NCBI GenBank assembly: GCA_963667495.1
Contig: OY763426.1
Location: forward strand, 2,667,460 to 2,731,459
Source of the DNA: Candidatus Binatia bacterium
GTDB lineage: Bacteria; Desulfobacterota; Binatia; Bin18
Reading direction: 5' to 3'
Length of the DNA stretch: 64,000 nucleotides
Shown one piece after another: positions 9,051-20,243 of this stretch. The notes under the pieces were generated by a model. It saw only the letters and a list, made by a program, of their open reading frames with translations. It did no database searches and was not told the DNA's origin. A program made the translations under genes and the position numbers. The first letter of the stretch is position 1; the number at the start of each line of letters is the position of its first letter.

Positions 9051-11057
9051 CTAATCGCTTTCGTGTTCTTCGGCTAATGCCGTCCATTCCACATACTGCT
9101 CGTCGAGTTGCTGTTTGACCTGCTCATACCGGCCGGTCACCTCGCGGGCTTTTTCTCGGTCTTGAAATGTCTTTTCGTCCGCAAGGCGGCGTTCGAGTTT
9201 TTCTTTGTGGTCCTCCAGCTTGGCGATATGCTGCTCCAGCGCGGCCAACCGTTTGGCCCGTTTTTGCCGTTCGGCCCGGGCGGCCTTTTGCTGTTGATAG
9301 GAGAGCTTGCCGTGCTTTGCCTCGCGGATGGCGGCCAGCGTCCCTTCAATACCCGCCGCGCTTGCCGTAGGCGAAGCAACGGCTACCCGCTGGACTACGC
9401 TCTGAAGGCGAACCTGTTCCTGGGGTGGAGACGAGTCTGTCTGTCGCTCTTTCCGCTCCAGAAACTCTTCAAACGTTCCGGGATAGGTGGTGCAGTACCC
9501 GTCTTGGAGTTCAAGCACTTTTGTCACCAGACCGCTGAGAAAATAGCGATCGTGCGACACCACGACAAAAGTTCCCTCATACTGCAACAGGGCTTCTTTC
9601 ACGATGTCTTTGGTGCGGATATCGAGATGGTTGGTGGGCTCATCCAGAATGAGCATATTCGAGGCCTGTAACAGCATTTTTGCTAACGCCAGTCGACTTT
9701 TTTCACCGCCGCTGAGCACGGCGACGCGCTTTTCAATCGCATCCCCGGAAAAGAGGAAGGCCCCCAACAGAGTCCGGAGCTGGGGGACGACGTCGGTGGC
9801 CGCTTCCCGGACGATCTCTTCATACACCGTGTTGTTGGTCTGTAAGCGTTCGGCCTGCTGCTGGGCATAGTAATCGAGGACGACCTGATGACCAAGCTGA
9901 CGGCTGCCTGAGGTGGGCTCTTCAACCCCGGACAGGATGCGGCTGAGGGTAGACTTGCCCGCCCCGTTGACGCCGACCACCGCCACCCGGTCTCCACTCT
10001 CAATCACCAAGTCTATATTCTCAAACACCTGCACGCTGTCGTAGCGTTTGCTAACCCCCTGTAATTCGATCACTCGCCGCCCGCTCCGAGGAGCCTGAGG
10101 AAAATGAAAGCGGACACCCTTGGGCGCGGTTTGGGGCGGGTCGAGCTTCTCCATCTTCTCAAGCTGTTTGACGCGACTCTGGACCTGCGGGGCTTTCCGG
10201 GCGTTATAGCGAAACGTATTGATAAAGCGGGTGAGGCGCTCAATCTCTTCCTGCTGCGTGTCATAGGCTTTTCGATACGACTCCAGGTGTTCTTCAAAAA
10301 CGCGCTCAAAAGTCGAGTAGTTGCCCGTATATTCGGTCAGGGCAGAGCGATGCAGGGCGACCACCCGATTAACCATCCGATCCAGAAAGGCCCGGTCGTG
10401 CGAAACGATGACAATGCTGCCGCGGTAATTGTGCAGATACGACTCAAGCCACAGTAGCGAGTCGAGATCGAGATGATTGGTCGGCTCATCGAGCAGCAAG
10501 ACATCGGGCTGCTGGAGCAGGAGCTTGGCCAGCGCAATCCGCATCTGCCAGCCCCCACTGAACGTCTCAGTACGCGCCGTAAACTGCGCCTCGTGAAAGC
10601 CCAGACCGGTCAGGACTTTAGCGACCTGGGCGTCGGCCTGAAACCCGTCGAGTTCTTCGATTCGGTGGTGGATGTCTCCGTAACGTACGATCAGTCCCTC
10701 TTGCGCCAGCGTCTCGGAGGCCGTTCCATCGGCGCTGTCGAGCGCGGCCTGAATCGTCTCCAGTTCCTGCTGTAGCGCGGTCAGCTCCGGTAAAGCAGAG
10801 CGCGTCTCAGCGAAGAGGTCACGTCCGGAAATGTCGATTCCCTCCTGGGGCAGATAGCCAATGCTGAGGTCCCGACCGCGCTGGACTCGGCCCGTATCGG
10901 GCTCAAGCTGTCCGGTCAAGAGGCGGAAAAGGGTTGTCTTGCCGGCACCGTTAGGGCCAACCAGACCCACCCGATCGCCTTTCCGAATATGCCAGTTGAG
11001 ATTGCGAAACAGTTCTTGTCCGCCAAAGGCGAGGGACAGATTGATAAGTTGGAGCAT
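9051..11057 (-). CDS. ABC-F family ATPase (Uup/YheS-like) with C-terminal coiled coil
   Basis: Two NBDs (GPNGAGKT / GVNGAGKS, FSGGW / LSGGE, LLDEPTNHLD twice), no TM segments. Confidence 0.92.
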   Translation of the reverse strand: MLQLINLSLAFGGQELFRNLNWHIRKGDRVGLVGPNGAGKTTLFRLLTGQLEPDTGRVQRGRDLSIGYLPQEGIDISGRDLFAETRSALPELTALQQELETIQAALDSADGTASETLAQEGLIVRYGDIHHRIEELDGFQADAQVAKVLTGLGFHEAQFTARTETFSGGWQMRIALAKLLLQQPDVLLLDEPTNHLDLDSLLWLESYLHNYRGSIVIVSHDRAFLDRMVNRVVALHRSALTEYTGNYSTFERVFEEHLESYRKAYDTQQEEIERLTRFINTFRYNARKAPQVQSRVKQLEKMEKLDPPQTAPKGVRFHFPQAPRSGRRVIELQGVSKRYDSVQVFENIDLVIESGDRVAVVGVNGAGKSTLSRILSGVEEPTSGSRQLGHQVVLDYYAQQQAERLQTNNTVYEEIVREAATDVVPQLRTLLGAFLFSGDAIEKRVAVLSGGEKSRLALAKMLLQASNMLILDEPTNHLDIRTKDIVKEALLQYEGTFVVVSHDRYFLSGLVTKVLELQDGYCTTYPGTFEEFLERKERQTDSSPPQEQVRLQSVVQRVAVASPTASAAGIEGTLAAIREAKHGKLSYQQQKAARAERQKRAKRLAALEQHIAKLEDHKEKLERRLADEKTFQDREKAREVTGRYEQVKQQLDEQYVEWTALAEEHESD

Positions 11058-11184
11058 GGAGACGGATAGACCTTGGGGGTGTCGTATAATTTGCGGGCGT
11101 TGCGGAACAGAACCCGACCCTCATATATCAGGGGCGATAGGGAACGATCCAGGCCGGGTCAGTTCGTGCGTTGGGTGGCTATGC

Positions 11185-12012
11185 CTATTCGTCTTCCTCT
11201 GGGGACAATAGCAGCGCCTCTCCCAGCGAGCGGACCAGCCAGCGGTGGACACCTGCGACCAGGCTCGCCGCCTGTGGACCAGCCAGGAGCCAGTGACCTT
11301 GGTCCGGATAGGACAGGCTGGTCGCGTGTAGAGTATCTGCGAGCCAACTTACGGCCGGGGCAGGCACCATGCGGTCTTCCTGCCCCCAGACAATCAAACT
11401 GGGACAGGGCAGGGGGATTGTCGGAAAATCGGTCTGGCCTCGGGTGAGGGTGCGGACGACTCTGCCGGAGTCCGGCTCAAGCTGGTCGTATAACTGGTCG
11501 GGCAGCCCTGCCGGAAGCGTGTGAAAAAGAAAATCGCGGGCCAGACGACGAGACGGAGGGGGATGGGCGCGATTCCACAGAAGCGCGGGCAGGGTGGCGA
11601 GTCGCACCAGAGGGAGAGCCGGGCGCAGGTCGGGTTGCCAGTGGCAGGGCAGCATGGGAGAGATGCAGATGAGGGCGCGCGGTTGTACGCGGGTGGCGAC
11701 GAGGAGTGAGAGGAGACTACCTAGATCAAAACCGATCACAATGGGCGGGCAGTCGAACGCAGCAGCGGCGGTGGTAATGGTCGTGAGATGATCGTCAAGA
11801 GAGATGTTGCCCCGCCGGCGGGCTGCGTACGGCTCGTACAGGTCAAGCGCCCAGCATGCCCAACCACGTTGAGAAAATCCCCACGCGACTTCCTGCCATA
11901 TCCAGCTTCCCGTCCATAAACCCGGCAGCAAGAGCAGCGGAGCGGTAAATTTCTCGCGTTCCGGGAAGAATACCTCAGCAGTGTACGCGGCAAGTCGCTG
12001 TTTCATGGGCAC
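11185..12012 (-). CDS. Alpha/beta-fold hydrolase
   Basis: LLLLPGLW, elbow GFDLG (Asp at the nucleophile position), [14 protein letters not shown]. Confidence 0.75.
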   Translation of the reverse strand: MPMKQRLAAYTAEVFFPEREKFTAPLLLLPGLWTGSWIWQEVAWGFSQRGWACWALDLYEPYAARRRGNISLDDHLTTITTAAAAFDCPPIVIGFDLGSLLSLLVATRVQPRALICISPMLPCHWQPDLRPALPLVRLATLPALLWNRAHPPPSRRLARDFLFHTLPAGLPDQLYDQLEPDSGRVVRTLTRGQTDFPTIPLPCPSLIVWGQEDRMVPAPAVSWLADTLHATSLSYPDQGHWLLAGPQAASLVAGVHRWLVRSLGEALLLSPEEDE

Positions 12013-12014
12013 AA

Positions 12015-12044
12015 AAGAAAAGGCCCGCTTTGGGGCCTTTTCTT
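12015..12044 (-). terminator. Intrinsic terminator of the histone-like gene
   Basis: 12-bp perfect inverted repeat AAGAAAAGGCCC / GGGCCTTTTCTT with A/T tracts on both sides. Confidence 0.7.
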
Positions 12045-12086
12045 GGAAATCCTCCGCCTCGTGTCTCGCCGCTGCGCTGAGCGACG

Positions 12087-12323
12087 CTACGCTCTCTTCT
12101 TGGCTGCTCTCTTCCTGGCCGGGGCCTTCTTGGCCGCTCTCTTCTTAGCCGGAGCTTTCTTAGCCGGAGCCTTCTTAGCTGCTTTCTTGGCCGGGGCCTT
12201 CTTGGCCGCTCTCTTCTTAGCCGGAGCTTTCTTAGCCGGAGCCTTCTTAGCTGCTTTCTTGGCCGGGGCCTTCTTGGCCGCCTTCTTTACGGTTTTCTTG
12301 ACCGCTTTCTTCTTCGCAGGCAT
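12087..12323 (-). CDS. Histone H1-like Lys/Ala/Pro-rich DNA-binding protein (PAKK repeats)
   Basis: 78 aa of AKKAPAKK repeats; AAGGAGGT RBS upstream; terminator downstream. Confidence 0.8.
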   Translation of the reverse strand: MPAKKKAVKKTVKKAAKKAPAKKAAKKAPAKKAPAKKRAAKKAPAKKAAKKAPAKKAPAKKRAAKKAPARKRAAKKRA

Positions 12324-12446
12324 AGTGACCTCCTTCGCTATGAGTGTGGGAACCCCTTAGTCCATAGAAAAAGGCGGAAGGGCATTTGTGTTTTCTTCTA
12401 TCAGATCGACGCCTTTGCTGCAACAAAAATACACAAGAACAGGGTG

Positions 12447-13805
<1,359 letters not shown>

Positions 13806-13813
13806 TCAGTAGA

Positions 13814-14140
13814 ATGTTCCGTATGGGATGGATGGTGGTGCGGCGGTGCGGCTGGATGTGGTTCCCCTTGGTTCTGGCGGTGTACGCCCTGTTCATGTAT
13901 TCAACCGTGTGGAGCGAGCGTGGGCTTCTGCACCTCTTCCAACTGACCGAAGAGCAACGCGCATTGGAAACACAAGTACGGACGCTGTTGCGCGAGAATA
14001 CCGATCTCAAGGAGCGCATTCGGCGTCTGCATACGGACGATGTCTTTTTGGAGCAACTCGCGCGCGACAGGCTCATCCTCGTACGCGAACACGACATTGT
14101 CTATCGATTCCATCCGGCAAAGCCTTCATTGTCCCAGTAG
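13814..14140 (+). CDS. ftsB: Cell division protein FtsB / septum formation initiator
   Basis: TM helix followed by RG, coiled coil, LEQLARDRLILVREHDIVY; exact start uncertain (13814-13829). Confidence 0.8.
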   Translation: MFRMGWMVVRRCGWMWFPLVLAVYALFMYSTVWSERGLLHLFQLTEEQRALETQVRTLLRENTDLKERIRRLHTDDVFLEQLARDRLILVREHDIVYRFHPAKPSLSQ

Positions 14141-14150
14141 ACGAATGACC

Positions 14151-14981
14151 TCAAGAGCCGTCTTGTGTCCGCTCCGTCGAACGGCGCGCTCTCAGCCCCC
14201 GGGCCATGTCCGCGACAATATCGCGTGCGGCCTGGCGCGGGTCGGCGGCATCTCGAATGGGTCTGCCAACAACCAGATAATTCGCCCCGGCCTGTATGGC
14301 CTGGTGCGGCGTCAGAACCCGTTTCTGATCGTCGGGCGTGCCGCCCTGCGGACGAACGCCTGGAATGACGAGGGTCAGTTTGTCTCCACAGGCGCGACGG
14401 ATCGCGGTAATTTCTTGAGGAGAGGCCACCAGACCGTCAATACCCGCCTGCTGGGCCAGCCGGGCGAGCCGAACGACCTGCGCAGCCGGACCTGCACTGA
14501 CCCCGATCTGCTTGAGGTCGTCTCGGCCCAGACTCGTCAGCACAGTGACTGCCAGGAGGGCAGGGCGGGCGAGCCGTTCTGCGCGACACACGCCGCGAAC
14601 CGCCCTGTGTGCCTGCCGCAACATCTCGGTGCCGCCGGAGGCGTGCAGGGTCAACATCTGTACTCCGAGACGGGCGGCTTCGACTGAAGCGGAAGCTACG
14701 GTCTGGGGAATGTCGTGGAATTTGAGGTCGAGAAAAACCGTCCCGCCCTTGGCTTGAATGCGACGGACAACCTCGGGACCGGCGTGCACGAACAGTTGCT
14801 TGCCGACCTTGAACAGGCCGACCTCGTCTGCCAGCAGGGCAACGTAGCGATCCACCTCTTTCAGCGAAGCAACATCGAGCGCAAAGATAAGTCGGCGGCG
14901 TGCGCGAGGCCGACTCACTGCTCTGGAACTCCGAAGTCGTGCCGGAGCGTTGCTTGCCTGATTAACGGAACGAGGAGCCAT
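14151..14981 (-). CDS. pyrF: Orotidine-5'-phosphate decarboxylase
   Basis: LIFALD, VFLDLKFHDIPQTV, AVTVLTS, PGVRP, DDQKR, VVGRPI. Confidence 0.95.
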   Translation of the reverse strand: MAPRSVNQASNAPARLRSSRAVSRPRARRRLIFALDVASLKEVDRYVALLADEVGLFKVGKQLFVHAGPEVVRRIQAKGGTVFLDLKFHDIPQTVASASVEAARLGVQMLTLHASGGTEMLRQAHRAVRGVCRAERLARPALLAVTVLTSLGRDDLKQIGVSAGPAAQVVRLARLAQQAGIDGLVASPQEITAIRRACGDKLTLVIPGVRPQGGTPDDQKRVLTPHQAIQAGANYLVVGRPIRDAADPRQAARDIVADMARGLRARRSTERTQDGS

Positions 14982-15002
14982 CGTGGTGCGTGCCTCCCAG
15001 AC

Positions 15003-16721
15003 TTAGGCGGCCTCCGGATTGCTGAGTGCATTTTGGATGGCCTCGACCGCCCGGTCTGCCGGTACTTCCGTCATGGCTCCATCCGCGCGGACCTTTAATT
15101 CAATCACCCCGCGGGCTAGAGACTTGCCACCAATAGTGGCCCGGAGCGGAACGCCCAAGAGGTCGGCATCCTTGAATTTCACCCCCGGACGCTCCTCCCG
15201 ATCGTCAAATAATACGTCTGTCCCCGTTTGCTGGAGTTTTGCATAGATGTCTTCCGCCGCCTTCCGGGTGGTGTCGTCATTCCAATTGACCGGCACGATA
15301 TGGAGGTCCGCGGGAGCGAGCGGCTTGGGCCAGACAATACCGGCAGCATCATGATGCTGTTCAATGGCGGCCGCAACGGTCCGGGTAATGCCGATGCCAT
15401 AGCAGCCCATTTCCATCGGATGCTGTGTGCCTGAGGCATCCAGATAGGTTGCATTCATCGCCCGGCTATACTTCGTGCCAAGATAAAACGTCTGACCGAC
15501 TTCAATACCGCGATGAGCGGTAAACGTCCCTTGCTCGCAACGCGGACAGGTGTCGCCCACGGTCGCCCGACGCAGGTCGGCAAACTGGAGGGCGGGCAGG
15601 TCGCGTGCGATATCAAGTCCGGTCATATGCATGTCCCGCTCGTTTGCGCCACACACCAAACCTGTTGCGCCCCGCAGGGTCTGGTCGCTGATAAGCTTGG
15701 CCTCGATCCGTACTGGGCCGGCAAAACCGGTTGGAGCGCCGGTCACCTTGTGGACGGTTTCTTCATCCGCGAGTACGACCCACTGGCAGCCGAGCAGGTT
15801 TTTCAGCTTGGGCTCGCTGAGCTCGTGGTCACCCCGCACCAGGGCGGCGACCACCGCGCCCGTATCGGTCTCGTAGAGCAGAGTTTTGACGAAGCGCTCC
15901 GGGGGCTCACCCAGGAAGGTCGAGACTTCCTCGATAGTCCGTTGGTCTGGGGTCTCGACTGGGGTAAGCGTCGCTTCGCGCGTGTCCGTCGGAAGCGACG
16001 GCGGGGCAAGTTCAGCTTTTTCCACATTGGCGGCATAATCGCACGAGTCACAGCTGACAATGGCATCTTCACCGGAATCCGCCAGCACTTGGAACTCATG
16101 CGACAGACTGCCTCCAATTGCCCCAGTATCCGCCTCAACCGGACGGTAGGTTAAGCCACACCGATCAAAGACACGCCGATAGGCGTCGTACATATTGCGA
16201 TACTCGCGCTGGCAGTCTTCCAGGTCGGTATGAAAAGAATAGGCGTCTTTCATGATAAACTCGCGGCCGCGCATCAAGCCAAAACGGGGCCGGACTTCAT
16301 CCCGGAACTTAGTCTGGATCTGGTACAGATTGAGCGGCAGGTCTCGGTACGACCGGACCTCCCGTCGGACGATATCGGTCACAACCTCCTCATGGGTCGG
16401 CCCAAAGCAAAAATCCCGGTCGTGCCGATCTTTAATGCGCAGCAGCTCTCTGCCGTATACATCCCAGCGACCACTCTCCTGCCAGAGTTCTGCCGGACAG
16501 ACCGCCGGCATGAGAATTTCCTGGGCCCCCGCGCGATTCATTTCCTCGCGTACAATGTTTTCGACTTTCCGTACGACACGTAGCCCGAGCGGCAGAAAGT
16601 CATACACGCCGCGCGCCACCTGGCGCATCATACCGGCGCGCAGTAAGAGTTTATGGCTGATGACTTCGGCCTCAGTCGGATCTTCACGTAATGTTGGGAT
16701 GAATGTTTGGCGATAGCGCAC
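15003..16721 (-). CDS. proS: Prolyl-tRNA synthetase (with INS editing domain)
   Basis: GPTHEEVVT, QTKFRDEVRPRFGLMRGREF, MGCYGIG, DADLLGVP. Confidence 0.97.
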   Translation of the reverse strand: MRYRQTFIPTLREDPTEAEVISHKLLLRAGMMRQVARGVYDFLPLGLRVVRKVENIVREEMNRAGAQEILMPAVCPAELWQESGRWDVYGRELLRIKDRHDRDFCFGPTHEEVVTDIVRREVRSYRDLPLNLYQIQTKFRDEVRPRFGLMRGREFIMKDAYSFHTDLEDCQREYRNMYDAYRRVFDRCGLTYRPVEADTGAIGGSLSHEFQVLADSGEDAIVSCDSCDYAANVEKAELAPPSLPTDTREATLTPVETPDQRTIEEVSTFLGEPPERFVKTLLYETDTGAVVAALVRGDHELSEPKLKNLLGCQWVVLADEETVHKVTGAPTGFAGPVRIEAKLISDQTLRGATGLVCGANERDMHMTGLDIARDLPALQFADLRRATVGDTCPRCEQGTFTAHRGIEVGQTFYLGTKYSRAMNATYLDASGTQHPMEMGCYGIGITRTVAAAIEQHHDAAGIVWPKPLAPADLHIVPVNWNDDTTRKAAEDIYAKLQQTGTDVLFDDREERPGVKFKDADLLGVPLRATIGGKSLARGVIELKVRADGAMTEVPADRAVEAIQNALSNPEAA

Positions 16722-16879
16722 CCGGACCCCCGATCAGCTAGAGAAAGATGTCGGGCTCAATTAGTCAGCGCGCGGGCCAAGTGTCAAGCCGGGCGCAGTC
16801 TTTCTCCCCGGCCCCTTTCCTTTCTCCCGGCCAAAAACTATAATTCGCGCGCGATACTTTCCCGCGACAGGAGTACAGC

Positions 16880-18064
16880 GTGGACTTTGACTATTCTCCA
16901 CAGGAAGAAACGTTTCGGCAGGAGCTGCGCTCGTGGCTCGAAGCCAATCCAGCGGACAACTACGATCCGGACACCTTCGAGATTATCGACCAGGAAGAGC
17001 GCTTTCAGATCAAGTTCGACTGGCAGAAGAAGCTGCACGGCGCGGGCTGGGTCGGCATTCATTGGCCCCAGGAGTACGGCGGCCGGGGCGCGACGATTAT
17101 GGAGCAGACCATCTACCAGCAGGAAATGGCCCGGGTGCACGCGCCCGGACTAGCCAATCCGCTGGGGATTTCGCTGGTCGGCCCCACCTTGATGCACTGG
17201 GGAACGGAGGAGCAGAAAGAGCGTTTTGTGCCCAAGATTCTCAGCGCCGACGAACTGTGGTGCCAGGGCTATTCCGAACCGGGTTCCGGCTCGGATCTGG
17301 CCTCCCTCCAGACGCGGGCGGTTGACGCTGGCGACGACTTTGTTGTGAACGGCCAGAAAGTCTGGACAAGCTTTGCCCACAAAGCCGACTACTGCATTCT
17401 TGTGGCGCGGACCGACCCCGACGCACCCAAGCACAAAGGACTGTCCTATCTCCTGGTGGATATGCACTCGCCTGGGGTCACGGTCCGGCCCCTGGTCCAA
17501 ATCTCGGGTGATGCGGAATTCAACGAGGTCTTCTTCGAGGATGTCCGGGTGCCCAAAGCCAATCTGGTTGGCGAACGGAATAACGGCTGGCAGGTGGCGA
17601 TTACGACGCTCATGTTCGAGCGAGCGAACTTCGGCATGGTCTACAACCTGGAGCCCATGCTGGACAGATTGAAGGCGTGCATCAAAGACCTGGAGGTCAA
17701 TGGCCAACCGGCAGCCGACGACCCGGATGTGCGACAGCAGATGGCCGCCTTTCATGTTGAAACCCAGGCGCTCAAGTTCAACGGCTATCGACAACTGACC
17801 CAACAGTTACGCGGTAACCCGCCGGGGCCGGAGGGCTCGATCAGCAAGCTGGCCGGGAGTGAACTCTATATCCGCATGACACATTTTGCGATGGAACTGC
17901 TGGGTCCGTACAGTCAGTGCGCCTTGGGTGAAGATCAAGGCATTGATAACGGTTTTTGGGCGCGGCGCGCCTTAGGCTCCCGCCTGTACACGATTGCAGG
18001 CGGGACGTCGGAGATCATGCGTAATATCGTTGGCGAGCGCGTCCTGCGGTTGCCAAAGGGTTAA
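16880..18064 (+). CDS. Acyl-CoA dehydrogenase (FadE-type, first of a pair)
   Basis: WCQGYSEPGSGSDLASL, NGQKVWTS, FNEVFFEDV, TIAGGTSEIMRNI. Confidence 0.92.
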   Translation: MDFDYSPQEETFRQELRSWLEANPADNYDPDTFEIIDQEERFQIKFDWQKKLHGAGWVGIHWPQEYGGRGATIMEQTIYQQEMARVHAPGLANPLGISLVGPTLMHWGTEEQKERFVPKILSADELWCQGYSEPGSGSDLASLQTRAVDAGDDFVVNGQKVWTSFAHKADYCILVARTDPDAPKHKGLSYLLVDMHSPGVTVRPLVQISGDAEFNEVFFEDVRVPKANLVGERNNGWQVAITTLMFERANFGMVYNLEPMLDRLKACIKDLEVNGQPAADDPDVRQQMAAFHVETQALKFNGYRQLTQQLRGNPPGPEGSISKLAGSELYIRMTHFAMELLGPYSQCALGEDQGIDNGFWARRALGSRLYTIAGGTSEIMRNIVGERVLRLPKG

Positions 18065-18074
18065 AGGGGGAAGC

Positions 18075-19213
18075 ATGGATTTCGGTTTTAGTGAAGATCA
18101 AGAACTGCTGCGTGACTCGGCTCGAAAATTCCTGGACGCGGAATGCCCGACCACGTTCGTACGCAAGATGATGGAAGATGACAGCGCCCATGCGACAGAG
18201 CTCTGGAAAAAAGCCGCGGAGTTGGGCTGGATGGGTATTCTGATTCCCGAGGGGCACGGTGGGATTGGCGGGAGTTTTCTCGATCTGGTTGTCGTGATGG
18301 AAGAGATGGGCAGGTCTCTGATGCCCGGACCGTTCCTGGCGACCGTGCTCCTGGGCAGTGCGGCCGTGCTGGTCGGCGGCTCGGACGAGCAAAAGGACGC
18401 CGTTCTTCCCAAGGTCGCGGCGGGTGAATGGGTCATGACCCTGGCCCAAGCCGAAAAGAGCGGCCGCTATGACGCCGGCGGCATCGGGATGCCGGCAACG
18501 GCTCGGGGCAGCGACTTTGTGCTGTCCGGGGAAAAACTTTTTGTGCCGGACGCGCACGTGGCCGATCAGATGGTGGTCGCCGCTCGCACCGGCTCACACG
18601 CTGCTCCGGAAGACGGCATTACGCTCTTTCTCGTCGATGCTAAGTCGCCGGGGGTCGAGATCACCCAACTGAAAACCGTTGACATGACCCGTCGCCAGTG
18701 TCACGTGGCTTTCCAGGATGTTGCGGTGGCCGGCTCGCAGGTTCTTGGCGAGGTGGGCCAGGGCTGGCCGATTCTCAAGCGCGTCCTCGATCAAGCCATC
18801 GCCGGACTGTGTACCGAGATGGTCGGGACCGGACAGCAGGCGCTTGATATGGCGGTTGAATACGCCAAGGAGCGAGTGCAGTTCGGGAAGCCGATTGGTA
18901 GCTTTCAAGCCGTCAAACACAAATGTGTGGATATGATGGTCCAGGTCGAAAACGCGCGCTCATTGACCTATTACGCGGCCTGGACGGTCGATGAGATGTG
19001 GACGAAGCATCCCAGGCCGTGCCTATGGCCAAGGCGTATTGCAGCGATATGTGCAAGACGGTGACCAGCGAGGCCATTCAGGTTCACGGTGGTATCGGGT
19101 TTACCTGGGAGCACGATATGCACCTCTTTTATCGGCGCGGCCTGGCGTCCGAAGCCGCCTTCGGCAGTGCCCCGACGCACCGTGAAGTGGTGGCGCAGAC
19201 GCTGGACCTGTAG
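18075..19213 (+). pseudogene. Acyl-CoA dehydrogenase (second of the pair) with an apparent 1-nt deletion near 18995
   Basis: MDFGFSEDQELLRDSAR...RVQFGKPIGSFQAVKH in one frame; AKAYC...IQVHGGIGFTWEHDMHL continues in another frame. Confidence 0.75.
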
Positions 19214-19245
19214 GTAGCCACCAGCGGCGCCCGTCCTTTTTCGTC

Positions 19246-20136
19246 ATGACTCCGGCTCTGATCCTCCACGGCGGCGCCGGAGCTGTGACGCCATCAGCAC
19301 TGCAAGCCGAGCGTCGATCAGGATTGACGGCCGCTTTTGAGGCAGGCTGGGGTATTCTTGTTCGGGGTGGAACCGCACTCGATGCGGTTGTGCAAGCCAC
19401 CGTGACCCTCGAAGATCATCCTCTCTTCAACGCCGGCTTTGGCTCGTGTCTGACAGAAGACGGGACCGTCGAAGTTGACGCCTCCCTCATGGATGGTTCG
19501 ACATTTCAGACTGGTGCCGTGGGAGCGGTCAGGAATATCAAGAACGCCATCCGCCTTGCTTGGGAGGTCATGGCAGACGGGCGACACGTGTTCCTCGTCG
19601 GCCAGGGTGCGGAACGATTCGCTCGCGAGCACGGACTGCCGCAAGCTGCGGCAGACGAACTGATTACCCCCCGTCAACACCAGCGCTGGCAGGCCCTTCG
19701 CCTAGGCTCAGGACAGGCGCAACGGACCAATGGCGAACCCGGTACGGTGGGGGCGGTTGCCTTAGATTCGTCGGGCAGGCTGGCGGCGGCAACCTCAACC
19801 GGCGGCGTGTTCGACAAGCGCTCCGGTCGCGTGGGTGACTCCGCTGTCATTGGGGCCGGGACGTATGCGGACAGCGCAATGGGTGCGTGCTCGGCAACGG
19901 GCGATGGTGAGCAGATTATTCGGGCGACCCTGGCCCGCACGGCGGTGGAATTGCTGCGCGGCGGCAAAGACCCCGCACAGGCCGCTCGTACTGCTCTCGC
20001 TCACCTCACCCGCCGGACACGAGGCGAAGCCGGTCTGATTCTGCTTGATCCCTTTGGCCGGAGGGGTGTGGCGTATACTACGGAGTCGATGAGTGTGGCA
20101 TTTCGGGCTGAGGGACGTCTTGTAGTGCGGGTGTAA
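19246..20136 (+). CDS. iaaA: Isoaspartyl peptidase / L-asparaginase (Ntn hydrolase)
   Basis: LILHGGAG, FNAGFGS, GTVGAVA (Thr nucleophile), ATSTGG, GRVGDS. Confidence 0.9.
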   Translation: MTPALILHGGAGAVTPSALQAERRSGLTAAFEAGWGILVRGGTALDAVVQATVTLEDHPLFNAGFGSCLTEDGTVEVDASLMDGSTFQTGAVGAVRNIKNAIRLAWEVMADGRHVFLVGQGAERFAREHGLPQAAADELITPRQHQRWQALRLGSGQAQRTNGEPGTVGAVALDSSGRLAAATSTGGVFDKRSGRVGDSAVIGAGTYADSAMGACSATGDGEQIIRATLARTAVELLRGGKDPAQAARTALAHLTRRTRGEAGLILLDPFGRRGVAYTTESMSVAFRAEGRLVVRV

Positions 20137-20243
20137 CGGAGGTCCTCCTGACCGCCTCTGGCATTTTTGGGCGCACTAAGGATAAGATGCTCCGTCACAC
20201 GGCATGAACCAAGAAGAATTCGGAAGAAAGGGGAGTAGAGTCT

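Noticed and set aside
12043-12360. Plus-strand 105-aa AFLAGAFL repeat ORF
   Set aside because: Antisense of the Lys-rich histone-like gene, which has the RBS and terminator.
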